A stretch of DNA of 19,800 nucleotides, taken from contig JBDHHQ010000078.1 in NCBI GenBank assembly GCA_039589315.1, positions 1 to 19,800 on the forward strand. Reading direction: 5' to 3'. Under the pieces are notes generated by a model. That model had not been told where the DNA came from. It was given only the letters and a program-made list of their open reading frames with translations, and searched no databases. This document shows, in pieces, positions 7,785 through 14,965 of the stretch (position 1 is its first letter; every line of letters starts with the position of its first letter). Both the position numbers and the translations under genes were made by a program. The stretch comes from Gemmatimonadota bacterium. Its GTDB lineage: Bacteria; Gemmatimonadota; Gemmatimonadetes; Longimicrobiales; Gaopeijiaceae.

Positions 7785-9224
7785 TCACACGGACGCCGTC
7801 GCGGCCTCCGCTATCGGTAGCTCCTCCGAGCCGGTGAAATATACGCGAAACTCCGCCCCCCACCCAGTTTCGGTCTCGTCCGGCGACATGAGCTCGACGC
7901 GGCCGCCATTGGCCCGTGTCACCCTCTCGACGATGGCCAACCCCAGGCCCGCTCCCTTCTCCTTCTGGCTTACGAAGGGCTCGAAGATCCGCTCCCTGAG
8001 CTCCGACGGCACTCCGGGGCCGTCGTCCCGCACCGCAACGACCACCTCACCGTTCAGCCACGAAGCTTCAACCTGGACCCGGTCGCCCGCTTCGGCCGCG
8101 TTCCTCACCAGGTTCAAGACCACCCGTTTCACGTGCTCCGGGTCCGCCCGCGCCAGCAGCGGCCCCTCCGGAAGCTCCAGCTCCAGCGTGCCCCCTCGTC
8201 CCTCCAGCTCCATCGAAACCAATTCCGCCGCCTGCTCGACGCCCCCCTTGATGTCGTGGAGCTCGGGGCCGGGCCTGAGGGGCCGGGCGAAGGTGAGGAA
8301 ATCGTCGATGATCTCGTTCAAGTCCCTGATCTCGGCTCTGACGCGGTTCAGGAGGCGCCGGCGCTCGGCCTCGTCTTCCGCCTCCTCGGCGGCCGAGGTG
8401 AACAGCTCCAGCCCCCCGAGCGGATTCCGGATCTCGTGCGCCACCTGGGCCAGCATCAGGCGTAGCTGCTCGTCTCGGCGGACGACACCGCGCCGCATCC
8501 GCTCCATGGCCCTCGCCAACCTGCCCAGCTCGTAGCCCTTCTCCTTCCCGACGGGCTGCTTCATGTGTCCCCGCTGGATTCGGAGGGCCACTCGACCCAA
8601 CCGCTCCAGTGGGCGCGCCACCGTTCCAGCGAGAACGCCGGCCAGAACCACGGCTGCGAGGACCGCCAGTATGGCACCGATCAGCAGGGTCTGGCGCAAG
8701 CGCTCGAGGGGCTGCAGGAACTCCGCCTGCACGAGGACCCCGAGCATCACGTCGGCGTTTTCGATTCGCAGGAACCCGTACTTGTAGGGTCGACCATCTT
8801 CTCCCTCGAAGAGAGGGCTCGTTGCGCTGCCGACTCGCCACGCCTCGCCCAGAACATCGGTGTGGGCATCGAGCCACCGAAGCCGCGACCCCACCCGTAG
8901 GTCCTGGCCCTCCGTGGACACCAGCAACGTCCTGTCGCTCCGGAAGAGGTAGGCGGCATCGACCCAGGGCTCGAGGTAGAGGAGGCGCTGATAGGTGGGC
9001 CACCAGGGTGTATCCGCGTTGCCCTCGTCACCGGGCCGGATGGAGAGGACGTACTGGGCCTGGAGCGCGCCTCCGGCGAAGGCGCCTGCCACCGCGCGGA
9101 GCCGGGTGTCCATCTCTCGCTCGAGGGCTCCGGAGGTCACTCGCCACGCCGCCCAGCCCCCCGCCACCGCCATGACCACGGCGAAGGTCACGAAGACTGC
9201 GAGAAACTTTCTCCGAAGGGTCAT
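7785..9224 (-). CDS. Membrane sensor histidine kinase (TM-periplasmic domain-TM-HAMP-HisKA-HATPase)
   Basis: Two hydrophobic helices, HAMP (ARPLERL...ELGRLARAMERM), H-box AHEIRNPL, N-box NLVRNAAEA, DDGPG, FEPF and GAGLGLA. Confidence 0.95.
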   Translation of the reverse strand: MTLRRKFLAVFVTFAVVMAVAGGWAAWRVTSGALEREMDTRLRAVAGAFAGGALQAQYVLSIRPGDEGNADTPWWPTYQRLLYLEPWVDAAYLFRSDRTLLVSTEGQDLRVGSRLRWLDAHTDVLGEAWRVGSATSPLFEGEDGRPYKYGFLRIENADVMLGVLVQAEFLQPLERLRQTLLIGAILAVLAAVVLAGVLAGTVARPLERLGRVALRIQRGHMKQPVGKEKGYELGRLARAMERMRRGVVRRDEQLRLMLAQVAHEIRNPLGGLELFTSAAEEAEDEAERRRLLNRVRAEIRDLNEIIDDFLTFARPLRPGPELHDIKGGVEQAAELVSMELEGRGGTLELELPEGPLLARADPEHVKRVVLNLVRNAAEAGDRVQVEASWLNGEVVVAVRDDGPGVPSELRERIFEPFVSQKEKGAGLGLAIVERVTRANGGRVELMSPDETETGWGAEFRVYFTGSEELPIAEAATASV

Positions 9225-9243
9225 GCGGTCCGGATCTCCGGCG

Positions 9244-10296
9244 CTATGCCCCGCACGGCACGCGCTCCACCTTGATCTCGCTGAACCGATAGCCCGGCGG
9301 CGTCAGCGGGGCGACCACGATGTGAAACGGTGTGTGAATCTGGAAAGCCGGTGAACAGAAGTCGCCGGGGACACGCTCGTGGAGCTCCACGATGGTGCCA
9401 CTCCCCACCTGTAGGATGCGGTGAACCTCCACGCTGTCGCCAGCCTCCTGACGCACGCCCACCGCCGCTACCACCACCATGTCCTCGCTCCACGCCACCT
9501 CGGGGGGTGGGTCCTCCGAGCCGGTGTGGTCCTTCCAGAACTGCTCCCAGCCCGAGGGCGGCAAGGTGTCTCCTCCGGGACCTGGCTGCCCGAGGAAGAC
9601 GATGGGCAGCTCCAGGGACACCTGGGAAACCTCACCCCTGTCCAGGGTCCCGAACGGTACGCTGCCCGAATAGGTGTAGGTGGCACCCGGTCCCAGCGTT
9701 TGGTCCCGGGCTCGCCGACTCGCCGTCACCAACCTCGCGGCGGCGGCGTCGGGGCCGGCAGAAGCCTCCGACAGCTTTTCGAGCACCTCGGACGTGCACC
9801 GCGTCCAGCGGGATTCCTCGTTGCGCAGGTTGTCCCGCACCGCGAAAGAGATGCGACCGTCACCGCCCTCGCAGACCGGATCCAGGCCTGGATCCAGCTC
9901 GTCTACGAAGAGCTGAAGGCCCGGGGTGTCGTTCAGCTGTATGATCAGCTCGGCGTAGCCACCGGGGTCAACGGTACCGCTTCTGAGCTGGGCGTCACCG
10001 AGAATGCCACGGTACGAGATGGACTCGAAGAGCTGCCAGGGACCCTCGGAGTTCCACGTCAGGGACTGCTGAAGCTCTCCCATGAGCCCACTCCGCCCCG
10101 CCAGCGGGGTGACCACCTGAATCCGGATTTCTCCCACCTGCCCGAAGCGGAAGTTGTCCAGCTCGGTGGTACCGCTCTCCCCGCAGCCAGTCAGGGCAAG
10201 GACAGCCGTCACCGCGAGAGGCAACAGCGTGTTACGTCTCTTGCCTGGGCCGCCCTGGCTCGCCCCCGGTGCTCGTTTCGCGAATCGCTCGATCAT
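9244..10296 (-). CDS. Lipoprotein with C-terminal PrcB-C-like domain
   Basis: Probable start ATG 10296; the ORF-track start at 10395 overlaps pyrE. Basic n-region, then LLPLAVTAVLALTG-C lipobox. The C-terminus WEQFWKDH..PPPEVAWSEDMVVVAAVG...VEV...PGDFC...TPFHIVVAP fits the PrcB C-terminal pattern as I recall it. Confidence 0.7.
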   Translation of the reverse strand: MIERFAKRAPGASQGGPGKRRNTLLPLAVTAVLALTGCGESGTTELDNFRFGQVGEIRIQVVTPLAGRSGLMGELQQSLTWNSEGPWQLFESISYRGILGDAQLRSGTVDPGGYAELIIQLNDTPGLQLFVDELDPGLDPVCEGGDGRISFAVRDNLRNEESRWTRCTSEVLEKLSEASAGPDAAAARLVTASRRARDQTLGPGATYTYSGSVPFGTLDRGEVSQVSLELPIVFLGQPGPGGDTLPPSGWEQFWKDHTGSEDPPPEVAWSEDMVVVAAVGVRQEAGDSVEVHRILQVGSGTIVELHERVPGDFCSPAFQIHTPFHIVVAPLTPPGYRFSEIKVERVPCGA

Positions 10297-10336
10297 GGAT
10301 ACTCGTACGCGGACTCCCCATGTTGGGGTCCCCGCC

Positions 10337-10366
10337 TTGACGTCAATCGAGGCCAGTCGGCACTGT
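10337..10366 (+). promoter_or_regulatory. Candidate leaderless pyrE promoter on the palindrome TTGACGTCAA
   Basis: TTGACG(10337-10342)-N18-CACTGT(10361-10366)-N6-ATG(10373); no SD before pyrE; the -10 is weak. Confidence 0.4.
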
Positions 10367-10372
10367 GCGAGC

Positions 10373-10939
10373 ATGCCGAACCACCATCGCCTCAAGCTGC
10401 TCCTCGTGGAGCGCTCCGTTCGATTGGGCAGTTTTACACTCGCCAGCGGCGCGCGTTCGTCGTTCTACATCGATGCCCGTTGCACTACCATGTCGGCAGA
10501 GGGTCAGTTCCTCTGCGGCCTCGCGTGCTGGGAGGCCCTGAAGAGCCTCGGCTGGAGCGTGACGCATGCAGGTGGGCTGACCATGGGTGCCGACCCGGTG
10601 GCCTACGCCCTGGCCCACCGGAGCTGGATCGAGAGGTCCCCACTCGACGCCTTCTCAGTGAGAAAGACGCCCAAGGGTCACGGAACGGGACAGGAGATCG
10701 AGGGGGGCTTGCCCGCCGACGCCGGCGTGGTGGTGGTGGAGGACTCTCTCACGTCGGGGGCGAGTGCCCTTCAGGCAACTCGGGCCATCGAGGCCCACGG
10801 CGCCACGGTGAGGGGGATCCTCGCGCTGGTGGACCGGGAGGAAGGCGCTCGCGAGCGGATCGAGCGCGCGGGATACGAGCTGCACACCCTCTTCACGGCG
10901 GCCGAGCTACTGGAGGTAGCGAGGCGCGCGGCCGACTAG
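10373..10939 (+). CDS. pyrE: Orotate phosphoribosyltransferase
   Basis: GSFTLASGARSSFYID, GGLTMGADP, VRKTPKGHGT, PRPP loop VVVVEDSLTSGAS and LVDREEG; ATG 10373 lies within ORF 10154..10939. Confidence 0.93.
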   Translation: MPNHHRLKLLLVERSVRLGSFTLASGARSSFYIDARCTTMSAEGQFLCGLACWEALKSLGWSVTHAGGLTMGADPVAYALAHRSWIERSPLDAFSVRKTPKGHGTGQEIEGGLPADAGVVVVEDSLTSGASALQATRAIEAHGATVRGILALVDREEGARERIERAGYELHTLFTAAELLEVARRAAD

Positions 10940-10949
10940 CGGCGCACGT

Positions 10950-11014
10950 CCTCGAGGGACTCCGGAGCATGGCCCCCTGCCGAACGGCCAAATGCAAAGG
11001 GTCTGGAGTCGAGG
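10950..11014. terminator. Long interrupted hairpin between convergent pyrE and dnaN
   Basis: Nested pairings CCTC/GAGG, GACTCCGGA/TCTGGAGTC, GCAT/ATGC and GGCC/GGCC. No U-tract, so the terminator role is uncertain. Confidence 0.45.
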
Positions 11015-11051
11015 GTGACTCACGGATCCTTCGCCACGTAGACTCGTTACC

Positions 11052-12167
11052 TCAGTCCAGTAGCCGTAGGGGCATCACGAGACACAGGTAGTCCGGGGTC
11101 TCCTCGTCCTCGCCTACGATCGGCTCGAGCGTCGCCGCCCGTTCGGGCGCCTTGAACGTCAGTTTCACCTCGTCCGTGGGCATGTACCGAAGCACTTCGA
11201 GCAGATAGTTCGCATTGAACCCGATCTCCAGCTCCTCGCCGTCGAAGCTGAGCTCCAGCTCGTCCTGCCCTTCTCCCAGATCCGGCGTCAGCACGCTGAG
11301 TGAGACCCGGTCCGGCTGAAACTGCAGGCGGATCCTGTGGGTCTGATCGCTCGCCACCACGGCCATGCGGCGGACGGCGGATGCCAGCGCCTTCTTCTCC
11401 ACAATGGCGAACCGGTCGTTGTCCTTCGGGATCACCTGCTCGTAGTTGGGATAGGCTCCCTCGATCAGCCGGCTGTAGACCTCCGTGTCTCCGGAGCGAA
11501 AGCCGAGGTGATTGCCGCTCTGGGCGACCTCGAGCTCGTCTGTGTCCTTGAAGAGCCGCTGGACCTGCTGAAGGGCCGCAGGCGGCACGATGAAATCGGC
11601 GCTCGGCGCGCCGGACGACGAAGCGGGCACCCCCATGCGAGCCAACCGATGTCCATTCGTCGCCACCATTCGCATACTCCCGTCACGGAGCTCCCAGAGC
11701 ACGCCGTTGAGGATCGGACGGCTCTCCTCCGTGGAGGCTGCAAACGCAGTGTGGTGGATGAGTGACTGGAGGTCTGAGCCGGCTACCTGCCATCCGCCGT
11801 CGAAGGACACCTCTGGGAGGGTCGGGAACTCTTCAGCCGGCAAACCGTTCAGCTTGAAGCGACTATGCCCACAGTTGAGCTCGATCTGGTCGCCCCGGGT
11901 GGAGACGGCAACCGGTTGGTCGGGAAGCTCACGCGCGATTTCCTGGAGCTTCTTCCCGGGGGCAGTGATGTTCCCCTGCTCCGTCACGTCGGCGGGCACC
12001 TTCACCCGAACGGCGACGTCGAGGTCCGTTCCGCTCATCCAGACGCCGTCCTCGGCCGCTTCCAACAGGATATTCGAGAGGACCGGGAGGGTGGTTTTGG
12101 TCGGAATGCTGGCCGAGACGGCCGCCAGACCCTCGTGCAGGTTCTTCCGAGTGATCGTGAAGTTCAT
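11052..12167 (-). CDS. dnaN: DNA polymerase III beta sliding clamp
   Basis: ATG 12167 (MNFTITRKNL) with GGAGG SD; motifs LPVLSNILL, GTDLD, SRPILNGV, VATNGHRL, SRLIEGAYPNYEQVIP, IGFNANYLLEVL and LVMPLRL. Confidence 0.98.
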   Translation of the reverse strand: MNFTITRKNLHEGLAAVSASIPTKTTLPVLSNILLEAAEDGVWMSGTDLDVAVRVKVPADVTEQGNITAPGKKLQEIARELPDQPVAVSTRGDQIELNCGHSRFKLNGLPAEEFPTLPEVSFDGGWQVAGSDLQSLIHHTAFAASTEESRPILNGVLWELRDGSMRMVATNGHRLARMGVPASSSGAPSADFIVPPAALQQVQRLFKDTDELEVAQSGNHLGFRSGDTEVYSRLIEGAYPNYEQVIPKDNDRFAIVEKKALASAVRRMAVVASDQTHRIRLQFQPDRVSLSVLTPDLGEGQDELELSFDGEELEIGFNANYLLEVLRYMPTDEVKLTFKAPERAATLEPIVGEDEETPDYLCLVMPLRLLD

Positions 12168-12431
12168 CAGGCCTCCACTCGTGCCGGTGCCGCCATGGGC
12201 GGTTTCCACAACGAATGCATCTTTATGATCTGTATAGGAGAATAAACATAGTCGTAGTAGAGCCTGTGGAATCGTGGAATGCCATGCTCTCCTGGGCCAG
12301 AATCCCCGTCTTCACAAGCCAAACCCCACGCCATGCCCCTGTGGAAGGACAGTTGATAACCTCGGAGCCTTGAACAGTACATCCGGGCGATGTGGGCAAT
12401 CCATCGTATTTCCACAACCTCTCGACACGGT
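12168..12431. other. oriC: Chromosomal replication origin oriC (DnaA-box cluster, DnaA-trios, AT-rich unwinding tract)
   Basis: Box-like 9-mers at 12202-12210 (GTTTCCACA), 12265-12273 and 12273-12281 (minus: GATTCCACA, CATTCCACG), 12308-12316, 12340-12348, 12351-12359, 12391-12399 and 12408-12416. Trios TAG-TCG-TAG-TAG at 12249-12260; AT-rich tract ~12215-12250; lies between dnaA and dnaN. Confidence 0.9.
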
Positions 12432-13826
12432 TTACACGCCCTTGCGCAGCTCGGCCGCGATCCCCTCGACTCGGAGCCGGAAGTCGTCATCCGTCTCGAG
12501 CTGCTTCTCGACCTTCTGGATGGAGTGGTGGACCGTCGAGTGATCCCGGCCGCCGAAGTGTCTGCCGATCTGCACCAGGGGCATCCCCAGGATCTCCTTG
12601 ATCAGGTACATGGCGACCTGCCGAGGTACCGTCAAGTCCTTGGTACGGCGCTTGGACGTCAGGGCCATGGGCTCGACACCCCACGTCTCGGCCGTCGCCT
12701 CTCGTATGAGCTCGGGGGTGAGCGGTGGTCCGCCGGGCTCGCCCCGCTTCAGCACCGCGTGGATGGATGTTCTGGCGAGCTCCAGCGTGATCTCCTCGTT
12801 CTTGAGCGAGGAGTACGCCAGGAGCTTGATGACCGCGCCTTCGAGCTCCCGGACCGACGATGTGCACGACCGGGCGATGAAATCGATGACGTCCTCGTCC
12901 AGCACCAATCCATCGTCCGCAGCCTTCTTTCGAAGGATCGCGATGCGGGTCTCGTAGTCCGGTGGCTTCACGTCGGCCACCAGACCCCACTCGAAGCGTG
13001 ACACGAGGCGCTCTTCGAGTCCGGGAATGTCCTTGGGCGGCCGGTCACTCGTGAGGACGATCTGCCGATGCGCGTCATGCAGTGCGTTGAACGTGTGGAA
13101 GAACTCCTCCTGGGTGCGCTCTTTTCCTTCGAGGAAGTGCACGTCATCCACGAGGAGCAGGTCCATCTGCCGGTAACGGCGCCGGAAGTCGGCCGTCTTG
13201 CCCTCCTGGATCGCCATCACGAGCTCGTTGGTGAACTGCTCGGAAGGCACGTAGGCCACTCCCGTGGCGTGGTGGTTCTCGACGATGTAGTTGCCGATGG
13301 CATGCATCAGGTGTGTCTTGCCGAGCCCGACTCCGCCGTAGAGGAACAGGGGGTTGTAGAGACGGGCCGGTTTCTCGGCCACGGCCCGGGCGCCGGCCAC
13401 CGCCAGCTGATTGCCCGACCCCACGACGAACCGGTCGAAGGTGTACCGCTCGTTGAGCGGTCTGCGCCTCGGCGTCTCTCGCGGCGAGCCCACGGATCCC
13501 GGGCGTGCCTCGTGGGTCGCGGACGGCGGCGTGAGCTCCACCGTGGGGACGACCGTGGGGACGACTGTGGGACCGCCCGCCCGGGCTCGCGCGGAGATGC
13601 GCACGGGCCGCCCGACGATCTGGCGGGCTACGTCAGCCAGGGTATCGCCGTACTTGTCCTCGAGCCATTGGACGTGGAATTCACTGGGCGCCTCCAACAA
13701 CAGCTCGTCCCCCGAGAGGCCGAGCACGGTCGCGCCGGCGACCCAGGTGCGGAATCCCTGCTCCGGGATCCTGCACCTGGCGGCGTCGAGGATGCGGGAC
13801 CAGAGTTCGTCTGCGGTGAGCTCCAT
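12432..13826 (-). CDS. dnaA: Chromosomal replication initiator DnaA
   Basis: YTFDRFVVG, YNPLFLYGGVGLGKTHL, LLVDDV, QEEFFHTFN, RLVSRFEWGL, VRELEGA, PRQVAMYL and FGGRDHSTV. Confidence 0.99.
   Translation of the reverse strand: MELTADELWSRILDAARCRIPEQGFRTWVAGATVLGLSGDELLLEAPSEFHVQWLEDKYGDTLADVARQIVGRPVRISARARAGGPTVVPTVVPTVELTPPSATHEARPGSVGSPRETPRRRPLNERYTFDRFVVGSGNQLAVAGARAVAEKPARLYNPLFLYGGVGLGKTHLMHAIGNYIVENHHATGVAYVPSEQFTNELVMAIQEGKTADFRRRYRQMDLLLVDDVHFLEGKERTQEEFFHTFNALHDAHRQIVLTSDRPPKDIPGLEERLVSRFEWGLVADVKPPDYETRIAILRKKAADDGLVLDEDVIDFIARSCTSSVRELEGAVIKLLAYSSLKNEEITLELARTSIHAVLKRGEPGGPPLTPELIREATAETWGVEPMALTSKRRTKDLTVPRQVAMYLIKEILGMPLVQIGRHFGGRDHSTVHHSIQKVEKQLETDDDFRLRVEGIAAELRKGV
13539..13574 (-). 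repeat. 12-bp tandem repeat x3 in the DnaA domain II linker (PTVV repeats)
   Basis: Plus strand CACCGTGGGGAC / GACCGTGGGGAC / GACTGTGGGACC, encoding GPTVVPTVVPTV. Confidence 0.85.
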
Positions 13827-13898
13827 CCACGTGAGCGGCAGCGAGTGGACCAGACCCGAACGGGGAAGGCACGCGATCTGCCCGCTCCGGGGCCGGCG

Positions 13899-13928
13899 AA
13901 CCTAAGGGTCGGACCGAGGGCAAGTCAA
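13899..13928 (-). promoter_or_regulatory. Sigma70-type promoter for dnaA
   Basis: TTGACT(13928-13923)-N18-TAGGTT(13904-13899), about 70 nt upstream of the dnaA ATG. Confidence 0.6.
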
Positions 13929-14031
13929 TCGATCAAACCGTGCGGACGTGAGCACGCGAGGCGGCCGGTCGAGACGGGGCCGAGAGCGGACGGTGGGCGT
14001 TGGAAACCGTCACCCGAGGCCGCCGTCGGGG

Positions 14032-14061
14032 TTGACCCGTTTCCGCGCCTCCGGGTATCTT
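14032..14061 (+). promoter_or_regulatory. Sigma70-type promoter for the rpmH operon
   Basis: TTGACC(14032-14037)-N18-TATCTT(14056-14061). Confidence 0.65.
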
Positions 14062-14118
14062 TGCCTGCTCGTTTCGCTACGATTCCTTCGTTCTTGTCAG
14101 GACAGGCGGGCAACGCAG

Positions 14119-14277
14119 ATGAAGCCCACATACAGGCCTCGGAACCGCAAGAGAGTGAACAAGCACGGGTTCCGTACCCGGATGAGCACTCTAGGCGGAC
14201 GAAAGACGCTGAACCGGAGGCGGCGCAAGGGACGGCGGCGCCTCGTGGTCACGATCGGCTCCAAGTACGGGGCGTGA
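14119..14277 (+). CDS. rpmH: 50S ribosomal protein L34
   Basis: [42 protein letters not shown] (52 aa); divergent from dnaA. Confidence 0.98.
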   Translation: MKPTYRPRNRKRVNKHGFRTRMSTLGGRKTLNRRRRKGRRRLVVTIGSKYGA

Positions 14278-14693
14278 TCCCAGCGGCCCCCGACCCGAGT
14301 CACTCGGGAGTGGGGACGTTGGACGGCTTTCGGTTCCCGCGTTCCAGTCGGATCCGCAGGAGCCGTGACATCAGAGAGCTTCTGAGGCGGGGGAAGCGGA
14401 AGCGGACGTCTCACCTGGACGTCTTCTTCCGGGCTTCCCCCGTTTCGCGTCCGCGGTTGGGCCTGGTGGTACCCAGGCATCGACACGGGATCGTGGATCG
14501 GAACCGCCTGAAGAGGCGGCTCCGAGAGATCGGTAGAAGCGAGGTGCTGCCGCGCCTGAATCGGGAGCGTGCGAGCGTCGACGTGCTGATCCGGGCACGC
14601 CGAGAGGCGTATGATGCCCGCTTCGGTGAACTGAAGAGGCAGATCGCGCAGGTCACGGAGTCCATATGCTCAAGGCCGCCCTCCTGGGGTTGA
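14274..14693 (+). CDS. rnpA: Ribonuclease P protein component (start uncertain: GTG 14274, GTG 14310 or TTG 14319)
   Basis: [24 protein letters not shown] motif [20 protein letters not shown]; located after rpmH. Confidence 0.92.
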   Translation: MIPAAPDPSHSGVGTLDGFRFPRSSRIRRSRDIRELLRRGKRKRTSHLDVFFRASPVSRPRLGLVVPRHRHGIVDRNRLKRRLREIGRSEVLPRLNRERASVDVLIRARREAYDARFGELKRQIAQVTESICSRPPSWG

Positions 14694-14965
14694 TCTCCTT
14701 CTACCGGAAGGGCATCTCACCCCTGACGCCACCGTCATGCCGGTTCACGCCGACGTGCTCGGCGTATGCCGCCGAGGCCGTCGAGCGCTTCGGGCCCCTT
14801 CGGGGCGGCTGGCTGGCCACGAGGCGCATCCTCCGCTGTCACCCGTTCGGGGGCAAGGGATACGATCCGGTGCCCGGGTCCGGCGCACCGGGCCGGTCGG
14901 CACAGGCTCGTGCGGCGGGTGAGAGACACCCCGCCGATTCGGCCTCGCAGTGGGGGCAGCCGTGA
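14666..14965 (+). CDS. yidD: Membrane protein insertion efficiency factor YidD
   Basis: [39 protein letters not shown]. Confidence 0.95.
   Translation: MLKAALLGLISFYRKGISPLTPPSCRFTPTCSAYAAEAVERFGPLRGGWLATRRILRCHPFGGKGYDPVPGSGAPGRSAQARAAGERHPADSASQWGQP

Noticed and set aside
8125..8140. parS-like sequence CGTTTCACGTGCTCCG (and half-site ACGTGAAAC near 421)
   Set aside because: Only one arm matches TGTTTCACGTGAAACA; not palindromic; inside a CDS.
9421..11091. 556-aa plus-strand ORF
   Set aside because: Antisense to the lipoprotein and out of frame over pyrE; R/G-rich with no recognisable domain.
12168..12490. Small ORFs across the dnaA-dnaN spacer and the extended dnaN start at 12209
   Set aside because: The region is explained by oriC elements; dnaN has an SD-supported ATG at 12167.
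13068..14093. N-terminal part of the 541-aa ORF that ends in RnpA (apparent fusion)
   Set aside because: Antisense to dnaA and crosses the promoter region; only the 3' part is RnpA.
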